Shown here one piece after another: positions 42,793 to 54,826 of a stretch of 64,000 bases of DNA. Each line of letters begins with the position of its first letter. Position 1 is the first letter of the stretch. A program made the position numbers and the translations under genes. Source of the DNA: Camelus dromedarius (lineage: Eukaryota); NCBI RefSeq assembly GCF_036321535.1, contig NC_087462.1, forward strand, positions 186,001 through 250,000. Direction: 5' to 3'. The notes beneath the pieces were generated by a model. That model made no database searches. It saw only the letters and a list, made by a program, of their open reading frames with translations, and was not told the DNA's origin.

Positions 42793-43855
42793 GTCCCAGC
42801 CTGCCTGCCTCTACCCTCAGGCCTATCGGTCTGGCCCGTCTGCTCTCCCTCAGACCTGGTTCCTACACTTCTGCTGCTGTGTAACAAAGCACCCCAGACC
42901 CATCCACGCTGGGCCACCCCTGTGCACCATAAATCGAGTGCAACTTGTGCGGGTTGGAGGTCCATGGACACGGGGACTCGGCGCAGCTCCACCATCTAGG
43001 TGACTGGATCCTCGAGGCCTAGAGGTGTCTGGAGGCGTGGGGTGAGGTGTACTGAGCACCCACAGGCGCCTCCCCACGTCTCACGGGCTTCCTTGCGGCC
43101 CCAGGGCCGGGATGAGGGCCCAGGAGCCAGGCCGGTCCCCCTCAGCCTCAGGGTCACACGGCGCCACTACCACTGCGGGTCGGAACAGGAACGAGCCCCC
43201 AGACCCAAGGGGACAGGGGCTGAGGTTGGTGGCCAGCTTGTAAAACTCCACTCTGGTCCCCTGTCCCCTTCAGACTGTCCCCACACTCCACCGCAGTTAC
43301 CCGAATGATACCCAAGGCCTCAGGGATCCTGGACTCCAGGCCAGTTAGGTTGCCCAGTTAGATGCAGACTGCAGGTGAACAGCAGGTGGCCCACCTGAAA
43401 TCAGATACAAGCAAGCTCCCCTCACCCCACAATAGTGGAACCTACTTCCTGGGATTCTTTGGAAGATTAAACAGTGGGACACGTGGACACAATAAATACT
43501 AATTTCTCTTCAACTCGCCGCTTGCCTCCCTGGTGAAGACAGTACCGTCAAAGGGGAGGGGGTGGTAACTGGGCTCCAGGGCCCTGGTACCCGGTGAGCT
43601 CATCCACTACGGGACCCACGTTTCAGCAAAGGAGTTACTGCCAATTTTTCAGGTGTGACCATGGTAATGGGGTTTTGTCTTCGGAGAGACCATATCTTTC
43701 AGAAACACTTTCTGAAACACTTACGGGTGAGTAGAACCAGTCAGGGGCAGTGTGTGCACTGTGAGGGCAAAGCTGTGAATGTCACCTCCCCCACAGGAAG
43801 GGGAGGTGTGGGTGACGGGGCCCAGAGCCGGCACCAGGGCTGCATTCCCAGCGAC

Positions 43856-43910
43856 ATGGAGGCCCCCCTGTCCCAGCTGCTGCTGCTGGTCCTGGGAGCT
43901 CTGTGGGCAG
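43856..43910 (+). CDS. GZMM: GZMM exon 1 (signal peptide)
   Basis: gacATGG context; donor CAG|GTGAGC. Confidence 0.88.
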
Positions 43911-46900
43911 GTGAGCATGGGGGGGGACACTGAGGCCCAGGGTCCGGGCAGGGGAAGGCAGGGCACTGGGCGTCAGAATAGAGTAAGGAAACAACCCACT
44001 GTACCCAGATGGGGACCCATGGAAGAGACGTCCCCACTCCACAGAGCTGCTGTGAGTTTTTTTAAGTGAAGACCAAGGGTGAGGGTTATGGCCCTGGGGT
44101 AGAGATGAGGCCACGTCAGGACAGATACTTTGAAGTCTCTGCTTTCTGACTTAATTCTGACCCGACAGAGAAGCCATGAGAACTGTGCAGATGACTCCTA
44201 CCTTCTCTTCCCTAAATCCCTCAGGTGTGAGCCTTTCCCGCAGTTGCATTGTCACTGCCAGGTGTGGGTGTAAAATACAAACATGTATAGTTGTTACTAT
44301 TTTTCTGAACCACTTAATGGTGACTTTTGGATGCACTTCCTTTCACCTCTCAATGCTTCAGGGTGTGTTTTCTGCAAACAAGGACATTCTTTTATGGATA
44401 GATGATGGATGGATGGATGTTGGATGGGTGATGATGGATAATGGTTGGATGATGGATGGATGGATGGATGATGGATGTTTGGATGGTGGATGGATGGATA
44501 ATGGATCACCCTTGGGATTCTGAGGACGTTGTGTGCTCCTCACTCCTCACCTTCAAGCTGTATTCACAGAACATGGGGCAGATGTAGGTTGTTTGCCCCC
44601 TAGCAGCACCTAGGAGGCAGGGTGTGTTACATACATTTATATGTAACCCGAAGTTTCAGAGTGGGAAACCACAGTTCAGAGAATGAGGCAGCCCACCCAG
44701 GATAGCCCGGCTGGGAGGGATGGAGCTGAAATTTGAGCCCCAGCTGACTGCCTCCCCAAACGGTATATGCTTGGCCAGAACCGGCACCTGGGATCATGAG
44801 ATGGAAGGACAGGGATGGTGGGCATCTCACTATTCTGGCCTGGATGGATGACAATTGTTCTGGGATAAATTAGGGACCCAGCAGGATGGGATCCAACCAT
44901 TCATCCATCATCCTTTCTCCCTCCCTCTTTCCTTCCTGCTTTCCATCCATCCACTATCCATCCATCCATCATCTTTCTATCCATCCATCCACCCGTCCAT
45001 CCATCATCCGTCTGTCCATGCATGTTTGCTGAGCACATACTGCCTTAGGCCTGTTGTAAACAAGACAGGCGCAGGGCCTGCCCTCACGTCACTCACAGAT
45101 TAGTGGCGATAGACAGGAAATGAGCAAGTCTGTGGGACATCAGTGTGTGACGAGTGCTCAGCAGAGAACAGAGCAGAGTAGGGGGAGCGGGGTTATACCA
45201 GGAGGCAGTCTCTGCGACTTTCGAGCTGATACCCAGTGAGAAAGCCAGACTTGGGAATGAATGCCTGGGAGAAAGGCTCTTTCCGCTGCCAGAACAGTAC
45301 ACCTAAATGCCCTGAGGGGGACACAAGGGCGGTGCCCTGGAGGACTAGCAGGGGCCTGAGTGCTCGAGGGGAGTGAGGGAGAGTGTGACAGAGGCGGGGT
45401 CAGCTGATGTGTGTCTTATGGGTCGTGGGGAGTTGGGACATTTAAAGCATGATGGAGAATCATAGGAAGAATTTTAGCTGATTTACACTACAGCATTTTT
45501 TTCAATCCTTTTAAACTCATGATTGGTTTTAGAACAATTTTAATAGCTTTATTGAGATATCATTCACATACTATACAATTTACTCATTTAAAAAGAGTAC
45601 AATTCAGAGAATTTTAGTACATTCAGAGCTGTGTGACCATCACCACAGTCTAGTTCCAGAACATTGCATCACCCCAAAAAGAAACCCCATCCCCATGAGC
45701 AGTCACACCCCCTCCTCCCCCCGCCCCTGGCAGCCAGGACCCCCCTCCCTGTGTCTGTGGACTGGCCTGTTATGGACGCCTCACATCCATGGGCTCACAC
45801 GCTGTGTGTCCTTCTGTGTCTGCTCCTCTCGCTGAGCGTCGTGCTCTCAGGGTCCGTCCACGGGGGAGCGGGTGTCAGGGCTGCTCTCCTGGTCACGGCT
45901 GAGCAATGTCCCTGTGTGTGGAGGGACGCGTGGTGTTCATCCATTTATCTGTCGATGGACACTTGGGCTGTCCCATTTCTGGCTGCTGTGAGTCCTGCTG
46001 CTGTGAACCCATGTGTGCACATCTCGTTTCTGTTGGAACAAATCCCTGGATGGGGCGGTGCTTTAACCTTTGAGGAGCTGCTGGACTGTCTGCCCAGTGG
46101 CTACCTCTCTCACGTCACCACCTGGCAGGTGTGAGGGTCCAGCTTCTCCACTTTGAAAAGCTCTCTGGCTGTTAAGTAGGGGCCCGGGGGCTCAGGGAGG
46201 CTGAGAGGTCTGGAAGCAAGGGATGGGGTGCAGGTGTAGGATGGTCACTTGCTGGTGACCGGGATGTGGAGTGAGGGATGGGAGGGGTCCAGGACAGAAC
46301 TGCCTATCAACCTGAACACCCCAGGTAGCAGAAGGGACTGTGTTAGGGTGATCCATCTGTTACGGGTCCAGGACCCCAGAGCTGGAGTCGCAGGGTTGTG
46401 GCTGAGGTGAGGTACCCAGCCCTAACATGACTTTTCATGTCCCCTCCTCAGGAGGCAACACATTCGAGACCCACATCATTGGGGGTCGAGAGGCTGCCCC
46501 CAACTCCCACCCATACATGGTCTCCCTGCAGAAAGCCGGCACCCACAGGTGTGGGGGGGTCCTTGTGCACCAGAAGTGGGTGTTGACCGCTGCCCACTGC
46601 CTGACCAACCGGTGAGTCACCCTGCCCTGCCCCACCCCCATCACTCTGTCTCCAAATCTATCCTGTGGTTCCTGTTCTCACCAAGAGGTGGGTCCTGAGA
46701 GATTTAAGACCCCTGTAGCATTGCAGGGGGTCCCCTTCACCGCTCCAGTGATCCTGAGGCATGCATATTGACATCGACCTCAGGCCTGTGTCTGTGACGT
46801 TAGGCTGAGAGGATTCCAGGGGACCGTTTATTTGCTACAACAAATCACCTTCCAACTGGATAGAGTTGAGACTCTTGTGACACCCAGGAATATGTCTCCC

Positions 46901-48871
46901 ACCTGTGGCCACGGGGATAGAGCTGGCCTATGAGTGTGGCAGAGCCAACACAGAGAGGAACCTGGGTCCCTGGTGCCATTCTGAAGCCACCAAATAAACC
47001 CATCCTGGAGCTGCCCTACCTCTGGCTTGGCCAGTAATAAAGACCACAGATCAAACTGGGTGAAGTAACCAAAGGCGATCTGTTGGTTCATGTAACTGGA
47101 AATGCTAAAACGACACGGCATTCAGGCACAGCTTGATCCAGGTGCTCACTGAAGTGCTCAGAAGCCTGGGCCTGTCTCTCAACTCTGCTGTCTTGCCCCT
47201 TGGCCACATTATCAAGAAGGCGCTCCCCTGTGGTGGCAAGGATGAGCCCCCTTAAGTCCTGTAAAAAGAGTTTGTTTCTCTATAGTTTGGGCAAATGGAT
47301 AAGGATAGGTACTGACAGACCCAGCCTAGGTCTTGTGCCAGCCGGCTGATGTTGAGTCATGACAGATGCCCTGGGTGAGACTGGAGCTCCTGCTGTCTGG
47401 AGCCCCTGGCTGTGGGGAGCCGGGGGGCGGTCAGCATTTTTAGACACACACAGCACATGCCTCTGGCCTGGGCTTAGCTGGAGTCAGGGGCCAGGTGGGA
47501 GCAGGGAAGGCTTCCTGAAGGACGATGGGAGAAAGCAGGTTAAACGGGAGCAGGAAGAAGCCACAGGGAGGCTGGGTGAGGGTTCCGGGACAGCAAGTGT
47601 GTGGGGTGTGTGGAGGGGTCCTGCAAGGCTGCTACTCACACCCTGACCCTGCTGCCACAGGATAGAACAGCTGAGGCTGGTGCTGGGGCTCCACGTGCTG
47701 GGAGACCCCAGCCTTACCTACCGCATCAGGAAGGTTGTCAAGCACCCTGAGTACAAGGAGGCCCCCAGTCTGCAGAATGACCTCGCGCTGCTTAAGGTGC
47801 TGTCGGTGGGAGAAATGATAGTTCCAGACCTCCCCCTACTGTCTCTCCCAGAGGGCCTCCCTCCCCCACTGCTCCTCCCTCAGTGTGCCCCCCAGGGTCC
47901 CCTCCCCCAGGGTCCCCTCCACAATTCACCTGCCCCTTCCTGTCCCCATAGCTGGATGGGAAGGTGAAGCCCAGCAGGACCATCCGGCCCCTGGCCTTGC
48001 CCCAAAGGCGCCAGGCAGTGGCAGCTGGAGCACGGTGCAGTGTGGCTGGCTGGGGCCTGACCCACCAGGGTGGGCAGCTGGCCAAAGCGCTGCAGGAATT
48101 GGATGTGCACGTGCTGGATGCCAGGATGTGCAACAACAGTCGTTTCTGGAACGGGGACATCACCCCCGACATGATCTGCCTGGCGGCCAATGCTAAGAAC
48201 CAGGCCCCCTGCAAGGTAAGGACATACGGTGGGGTGGGGCAGGCAGCAGCCCTGGTGGGAGGCATGGGTCAGCGGCCAGGCAACTGCACAAACCCTGACT
48301 CTCCCTGGGCCCTGGCTCTCTCCATTCGCTGGGGGTCCTAAAGGTTGGTACTAGCACAAGCCCACTTCTCACATGCAGAAACTGAGGCACAGAGAGGTTA
48401 AGCAGCTTGCCTGTGGTCACACAGGCAAGAAGCGGCAGAGCTGGGGTTTGAACTCCAGCACCGAGGAAGATCATGGCATATACAGCACACCGCAGCTTGT
48501 GCAAAGGCCCTGCGGTGGGACAGGAGCAAAGAGGGTTAAAGGGACAGGAAGGAAGGAGAGAGTGAAAGAGGTGGGGGGAGGGAGGGGCAGGGAGATAAGG
48601 GATAAGGCCTAACAGCCATAGGGCAGGGTCTCTGCCCTGGAATCAGCCTCGCGCCCCCAGGGATACTCAGGTCCCCCAGGAGCGGGCAGCGAAGGTGACC
48701 TGCGCTCCACCTCCGCAGGGGGACTCAGGTGGGCCCGTGGTATGCCGCAGAGGCCAGGTGGCTGGAATCGTGTCGTTCAGCTCCAACGTCTGCACCGACA
48801 TCTTCAAGCCCTCCGTGGCCACCGCCGTGGCCCCCTATACTCCCTGGATCAAGAAGACCATCCGCCGCTAG
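43856..48871 (+). CDS. GZMM: Granzyme M, 255 aa; join(43856..43910,46452..46611,47661..47796,47952..48215,48719..48871)
   Basis: Signal [19 protein letters not shown]; mature N-terminus [19 protein letters not shown]; catalytic triad TAAHC, NDLALL, APCKGDSGGP; CNNSRFWNG and CTDIFKP are typical of granzyme M; elastase-like intron phases 1,2,0,0. Confidence 0.96.
44395..44505. repeat. (GGAT)n simple repeat in GZMM intron 1
   Basis: Direct reading. Confidence 0.85.
44891..45023. repeat. (ATCC)n simple repeat in GZMM intron 1
   Basis: Direct reading; reverse complement of the 44395-44505 repeat. Confidence 0.85.
45540..46140 (-). mobile_element. L1M(B/C)-type 3' end fragment, GC-shifted
   Basis: agctttattgagatatcattcacatactatacaatttactcattt...accatcaccacagtctagttccagaacattgcatcacccc. 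Confidence 0.8.
46452..46611 (+). CDS. GZMM: GZMM exon 2 (IIGG, His57)
   Basis: Acceptor CCCCTCCTCAG|, donor CG|GTGAGT. Confidence 0.95.
47661..47796 (+). CDS. GZMM: GZMM exon 3 (Asp102)
   Basis: [13 protein letters not shown]...QNDLALLK. Confidence 0.94.
47952..48215 (+). CDS. GZMM: GZMM exon 4
   Basis: [17 protein letters not shown]...NQAPCK; donor AAG|GTAAGG. Confidence 0.94.
48340..48460 (+). mobile_element. MIR fragment
   Basis: atgcagaaactgaggcacagagaggttaagcagcttgcctgtggtcacacag...gggtttgaactccag. Confidence 0.7.
48719..48871 (+). CDS. GZMM: GZMM exon 5 (Ser195)
   Basis: GDSGGPVVC...TIRR*. Confidence 0.94.
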   Translation, partial: GDSGGPVVCRRGQVAGIVSFSSNVCTDIFKPSVATAVAPYTPWIKKTIRR

Positions 48872-48977
48872 CAGTCCCCGCTCGGGCCTGACCTCCAGAG
48901 GGTGACCCGACTCCTGCGCTCCTGCGGGATTAAGGGGGCGAGGGGGCAGGCCGACAGGGGACGCATGTCAGAAGACC

Positions 48978-48983
48978 AATAAA
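48978..48983 (+). terminator. GZMM: GZMM poly(A) signal AATAAA
   Basis: About 105 nt after the stop codon. Confidence 0.75.
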
Positions 48984-49179
48984 CTGTAGTAAGGAAACCG
49001 TATGAGTCTATCCGGATTCCACCCCGCGTCCACCCGCGCTGGAGGTGCTCAGCCTGGGTTCCCCGCCGGTAACACAGCGGCCGCGCTTCTGAGGCTGCGC
49101 GGGGCGCTCAGCTCCGCGAGGGCGCCGGGCGACGGCAGGGGGCGGTGTTGGCCATTGCTGGGTTCCGGAGCCAGCCACA

Positions 49180-49398
49180 CTCTCTCTCTCTCTCTGTTTT
49201 TTTTTTTTTTTTTTTTTTTGGTTTCCTTTTTTACACTTTTCCTTTCTTCTTCTTTTTAATGTTTTTTAATGGGGGAGGAGAGGTAATTCAAGATTTATAT
49301 ATTTGTTTTATTTTTCTTTAAACAGAGGTGCTGGGGATTGAACCCAAGACCTTGCGCATGAGAAGTGTGCCCTCTACCACTGAGCTACACCCTCCCCC
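49180..49398 (-). mobile_element. tRNA-derived SINE with a long T/TC tail
   Basis: ggggattgaacccaagacc...ctctaccactgagctacaccctccccc. Confidence 0.82.
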
Positions 49399-49523
49399 AC
49401 CTGAAGCCAGACTCTGTCCGGCAGGGGGCGGGCCGGGCTGTGCGCCGCCGGGCGTTCGCGCAGGGTGCTGGGTGCTGGGCGGTGGCGACGTAAGGACAAC
49501 CGAAGGAAGCACCCTAGAGAATC

Positions 49524-49577
49524 CTATTTATTTATTTACTTATTTATTTACTTACTTATTTATTTATTTATTTATTT
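49524..49577. repeat. (TATT)n microsatellite
   Basis: Direct reading. Confidence 0.9.
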
Positions 49578-49629
49578 AGGTACTGTGTGTATTGAGATAT
49601 AATTCACATGCCACCCTTTAAAAAAATCA

Positions 49630-49716
49630 ATTTTTTTTAATGGAGGTACTGGGGACCGAGCCCAGGACCTCCTGCATGCTAACCACGCGCTCTACCGCGG
49701 AGCTACACCCTCCCCC
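49630..49716 (-). mobile_element. tRNA-derived SINE
   Basis: ggaggtactggggaccgagcccaggacc...gagctacaccctccccc. Confidence 0.82.
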
Positions 49717-50619
49717 CAGAATTATTTTTAATAACTGTTTTTTTGCTTTATTCTGCATTTCACATAACAGTCCCAAACCCAACACGTGGTTTTTCTTTTC
49801 TGACTTTGTTATTCTTTCAACAGACATTCTCCCAACAGCATATGCAATGTGATCTTCACCTGGTGGGTCCACGTTGACTCTCCAAGATCCTGGCTCTCCA
49901 GCAAGAGACCATGGTCCTCCCTTTCCACTGCCCCCACGTCTGCCTGTGCTCGGCCCTGCCTTGGTCCCACACCCTTGAGATGTCTTCAGGACAGGAACGC
50001 CAAACATTTTATGTGTCACCAATGAGTAAATGCGGCGGGGGGCTCCTGGGAACCTCGGGTGGAGGGTAAGAAGGTGGGCGCGTCTGGGTTCCCTCACAAA
50101 GAATGCTGCACTCGATTGGCTACTCCCACTAGATAGACTCTTCAGGAGGGGGGGTGCGGGGAGAAGGGGTCCCACGCTGGCCACGGGTGTGCACTGCATC
50201 CTTGCCTTAGGTGGTTCAGCTTCGCCGGCTGCGCTGTCTCACTGGCCAGGTGGCCAAGGAGGCAGTCTGAAGGTGCGTAAGCCCCAGGCGAGAGGGAGCT
50301 TGGAGGGGCAGCCCCTGTGGGGCCCCGCAGGGGTCCACGTGCTGCAGGCCACTCTGGCATTACCTCCTTGACCTCTGGAGTTGGGCTTGTCCAAAGAGTT
50401 GGACGCCACTCAGGAGTAACAACAGCTCTCCACACACAGAAATAACCGTAATCGCTGGATAAACTTTCAAGAATGTCCAGTCCAAACTCAAGAGGTTTAT
50501 CTTCCATGTGCTACCGAGAAATTAAGATAGAGGTAAAGGACGGTCTGACTTTAATCAAGTTCCAAAGTGAGGGCTCACTGCTTTGACAAGCAGCGTCCTA
50601 TGGTGGTTGGGGCGGGGAT

Positions 50620-50743
50620 GGGGGGGGTAGCGTATTGCTTAAGTGGCAGAGCGGACGCTCAGCAGGCACAGGGTCCTGAGTTCAATCCCCAGTGCCGCCT
50701 CTAAAACTAAATAAACCTAATTACCTACCCCTCAAAAAACAAA
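50620..50743 (+). mobile_element. tRNA-derived SINE
   Basis: gggtcctgagttcaatccccagt...aataaacctaattacctacccc. Confidence 0.8.
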
Positions 50744-51205
50744 CCACTTGAAAGAAAAGAGAGAGAGAAAGGAAGAAAAGCAGCGTCTTGGAAGAAGACG
50801 CCAGGGTGTGAGTAAAAGAATGTTTCCAGAAAACACAGAAGGCACCAACATGAACCCACTGCGCCGTCAGCTCTCCTCCACGCCTCTCCACGTCCTGGGA
50901 GGGGAGGCTGCGTCGTCCAGCCGGCTCTGCGAGGCCACCGTGCCCCGTGGGCACGTCCAGGTGTCTGTTCCAGTCCTCCACTCTCTCCTTGGGGTTTTGG
51001 ATGCTCTTCAAGCCCCTTTCCGTTTTGCTGGGTCTTCTCAAGGCTGCCTGAGTCGGGGCTCTCGTCTTCATTCTTTCTGCTCCTTCCTGTTCCGGGAGCT
51101 TCACCTCAGCTTTCTCCTTTTCCTTCCTCCACTTCAGCTGAGCTGTGCGATGCCTTTTAACTTTGGGGACCCTTCCGGACCTGCTCGTAGGCGCCCATTT
51201 CACAA

Positions 51206-51700
51206 GTCACCCTTTTAAAAAGTGAACAATTCAGTGGTTTTCAGTACATTCACAGGGCTGTGTAACCATCACCTCTGTCTAGTTCCAGAACCTCCCGTCA
51301 CCCCTAAAGGAAGCCCCATCCCCATGAGAAGTCACCCCAGCCCCTGACAGCCAGGAACCCCATCTCTGTGTCTGTGCACTGGCCTGTTCTGGACGTTTCA
51401 CATCCATGGACTCACACACTGCGTGTCCTTCTGTGTCCTCTTCTCTCACTGAGCATCGTGCTCTCAGGGTCCATCCACGTGGTGGCAAGTGTCAGGGCTT
51501 CTCTCCTGTTCACGGCTGAGTGATGCTCCTGTGTGTGGAGGGACACGCGTGGATCTGTCCACCTGTCAGTGGACACCTGGGTTACTTCCACTCTGGCTGC
51601 TGCAGACCTGCGTGCACAAGCGTGTGTTTTCGGTTCTCCCAAGTGTGAGAGATTGCTGGGCCAGGTGGTGACTCCATGTTTAGCAGTTTTAGGAGCTGCT
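51206..51700 (-). mobile_element. L1M(B/C)-type 3' end fragment, GC-shifted
   Basis: aagtgaacaattcagtggttttcagtacattcacagggctgtgtaaccatcacc. Confidence 0.8.
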
Positions 51701-52649
51701 GTTTTCCAGCAGAATCTCTTGATTTCATTAGGAAAATGCTCAAACGTACAGCCAAGCCAAAATCATGGCACACGGAACAGCCGGGTGCCCACTGTGCAGG
51801 CTCTGCTGTGAGCAGCTTCGTCCACATTCAGTCCATCCCTCTGTCCACTGGGCTCCGTTGCTGGTGTATTTCACAGGAGGCCGAAGCCTCCAGGCAGGTC
51901 TGCAGAGGCCGCAGTGTAGGGCCAGGGCTGGGACTGCGGCTTTATTTAGAGCCCTGCGTCTCCCACCATCTCACTCACACGGCAAAGTGCAGACATCTAA
52001 CTCAGGAATGTGCTGTTGCGACAAGCAACAGATGTGTGTAATCCAAGCCCCCAGGATCCACACCAGTGACCCCTCAGCCCCACACAGTTGGTCTTGTCTT
52101 GAACTGAGTTTTTGCATAGTGACTACTGCCCAGGGACTGTAAGTGAAAGGGACAGAAGGCCGCCCAGGGGAAGACAGTGCCCCTGATCCCGCCATCGCCC
52201 ATGAAAACATTTTCCCTTAGGAGCAACTGTCACCAGTGTCTCTCGTCCTCACCCACGGCTGTTCCGAGCAGGAAAGGCTGCAGGCCCTCCACCCAGGCCT
52301 TGGACCAGCTCCTGGCCTCACCTTCACACATCTCCTCTGCGGTCCCACCCGCCACCCGGCCCGCACCCAAGGGTGTATCTGGGCTGCAGGCCCAGAAGTG
52401 GAGTTTGCCCATCAAATCCAAGTGCTTTTCCCTGTTTGGCGATGCAGCAGAATTTCTTGTCTGCCGAGCACCGACTGAGTGCCAGGCCTCCCAGGAAGCA
52501 CTGGGCTGCATTGGAAAACTCTCCCCTTCTTTATTTCAGAGCAAGAGCGAGGAGGGGGAGGGAGGGAGACTGCACAGTCTGTCTCTCTCCTTTTTCTGTT
52601 TTTCTAATTGCTAAAGGTTCTTTATCTTTTTAAAATTTTTAACTTTTAT

Positions 52650-52775
52650 TACTTTTTAATTGAAGCATAGTCAGTTTATAATGTTGTATCAATTTCTGCC
52701 GTACAGTGTAATGCTTCAGTCATATATGTACATATACGTACATACGTATATTCCTTTTCACTTTCTTTTATCCTT
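52650..52775 (-). mobile_element. Younger lineage-specific L1 3' terminus
   Basis: ttgaagcatagtcagtttataatgttgtatcaatttctg...gcttcagtcata is the reverse complement of the element at 59221-59340. Confidence 0.7.
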
Positions 52776-52822
52776 TTTTAAAATAGACTTCATTTTTTTA
52801 TTTGTCTTTTTTTGCTTGTTCG

Positions 52823-52905
52823 TTTTTTGACAGAGATACTGGGGATTGAACCCAGGACCTCGTGCATGCTAAGCATGTGCTCTACCACTGAGCTATCCCC
52901 TCCCC
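52823..52905 (-). mobile_element. tRNA-Ala-derived SINE, near-intact head
   Basis: Reverse complement GGGGAGGGGATAGCTCAGTGGTAGAGCACATGCTTAGCATGCACGAGGTCCTGGGTTCAATCCCCAGTATCTC. Confidence 0.88.
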
Positions 52906-53329
52906 TCTACCTGCAGTGGAGATTTTTCCCCAGTGTTTCTCTCATGACTGGATAACCCATCCCAAGACTGATGGGGCTGGGACGGGCAGGTGCCTTGTTA
53001 ACCTTTTAACACTGTTTATTGAGGTGTCACTTGTGTACTGGACACACCCGGGCCACAGCAGCCCTGTGACGTCCCACAAAGCAAACAGGGATCTGAGTCT
53101 GTGGTTGGCCTTTGTGCTGTCCTGGCACAGAACTCCCAGACCCTCCCAGCGTCCTCAGTGCTGAGAGAGGCCAGGGATCTGCTGCTCCCCACATGCCCCC
53201 TTCAGTCACATGAGTCTGGAGTCTGTCGGTGACAGGGAGGGATGGGGCTGGAGGCCAGTCAGACCCTCTCAGGCCCACCCGCCGGCCTCTGCGAAGGGAG
53301 GGGACGGCAGACCCAGAAATTCTGGAACT

Positions 53330-53715
53330 AAGAGATCTGATGAGCTCAGGTCGTCCACAAGAATCCCCACGCCGGGAGGGTGGCACACCCCACCCCACGA
53401 GGACAGGGACTCCGAACCCCGCCCTACAAGTCTCTTCCTCTGTTCCTCGGTCAGGACTCCAATAAACTCACGTAACTGCTTCCCTGGATTCTATGAGCTG
53501 CTCCCGAAAACTAATGGAACCCGAGGAGGAAGGCTGTGGGAGTCCCGATTTATAGCCGGTTGATCAGAAGCTCCAGTGACCCCTGGACTTGGGACCAGTG
53601 TCCGAGGTGGGAGCAGTACTGTGGGGCTGGGACCCTGCGCTGTGGGGTTGGGCCTGAGTTCACTCCTCAGGACACGGCCGGAGAGCCGCCTGTGTTGCTG
53701 GTAAACTCCCCCCTC
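53330..53715 (+). mobile_element. MER21-type LTR relic
   Basis: gccgggagggtggcacaccc...aataaac...ctatgagctgctcc...cgatttatagccggttgatcagaagc matches recalled MER21C. Confidence 0.7.
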
Positions 53716-54144
53716 CCAAAGCCTTGTAACCAGCGCCCAGAGGGACAGACAGAACAGGAGTGCCCCGCCCAGTGCCCTCCCCGACACTGTTCCCACCGGC
53801 GGTCCCCAGCCCCTGAGCTGGGTCCTGGGGTGCTGTGACCCTCTGCCTCTTCCCCAGCCCTTCGTGGGTGCACCGTGCAGCCGGCAGAAAGGCTGGGGGA
53901 CCCTGTGGAGAACAAGTGTTCTTCCCACTGCCAGGGCCCACGGTCAGCATGGGTCTGCCCTGCCTGCGCCAGGAACTCGGGGCTGAAGGCGGTAAAGTGA
54001 GTTGTGACCCTCACCCTGTGTCACCTGCCCCTCGTCCCAGAATGAGGTCCCCCCTCTCTGTCCCCCAACGAGGACTTCACCACAACCCCCCAGGGTGCCT
54101 GGAATTCCGCTCAAATTCTGATTCCCCTGCACTTAAAAAAATCT

Positions 54145-54590
54145 TTTAAAAGTTGTGGCAAAATTCACTTAACACACTATTTGTCCACGTAAAGTGAGCA
54201 ACTCAGTGGCATTTAGTACAATCACGATGTGCCACCATCGTCTCTAATTCCAGAACATTCCATCACCCCAAAAGGAGGGCCCGTCCCCACCAGCAGTCAC
54301 CCCCAATCTTTCCCAGCCCCTGACAGCCAGGAGCCCCCTCCCCGTGTCTGGGGACTGGCCTGTTCTGGACGTCTCACATCCGTGGACTCACACACTGTGT
54401 ATCCTCCTGGGTCTGCTTCTCTCACTGAGCATCGTCTTCTCGGGGTCGGTCCACGTGGGAGCGGGTGTCAGAGCTGCTCTCCTGTTCAAGGATGAGTGAC
54501 GTTCCCGTGTGTGGAGGGACCACGTGGTGTTCATCCACTTATCCGTCAGTGGATGTTGGGGTGTTTCCACCTTCTGCCTACCCCAGCTGG
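54145..54590 (-). mobile_element. L1M(B/C)-type 3' end fragment, GC-shifted
   Basis: gcaactcagtggcatttagtacaatcacgatgtgccaccatcg...ccagaacattccatcacccc. Confidence 0.8.
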
Positions 54591-54689
54591 CCACTGCTCT
54601 CCTGCAGCTCAGCTCCAGTTCCACCAGCCCCGTGGCCCCTGCACTCATTCTGCCAGAAGCGGAAGTTTTTTTTTGTTTGTTTTTAAAAA

Positions 54690-54826
54690 TTTTTTTTATT
54701 TTTTGGTGGGGGGAGGTAACTAGGTTTATTTATTTATTTATCCTTAGTGGAGGTACTGGGGATCTAACCAGGGACCTCATGCATGCTGAGCGCACGCTCT
54801 GCAACTTGAGCTATACCCTTCCCCCC
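54690..54826 (-). mobile_element. tRNA-derived SINE
   Basis: ggggggaggtaactagg...ggaggtactgggg...gagctatacccttccccc. Confidence 0.82.

Noticed and set aside
52823-52905. tRNA-Ala(AGC)-like sequences (also at 7368, 8413, 49262, 49630, 50620, 54690, 59353)
   Set aside because: They have extra 5' GGGGAGG bases, TTCAA instead of TTCGA in the B box, substitutions, and A-rich tails with TAATTACCTCCCC. These are SINE copies, not tRNA genes.
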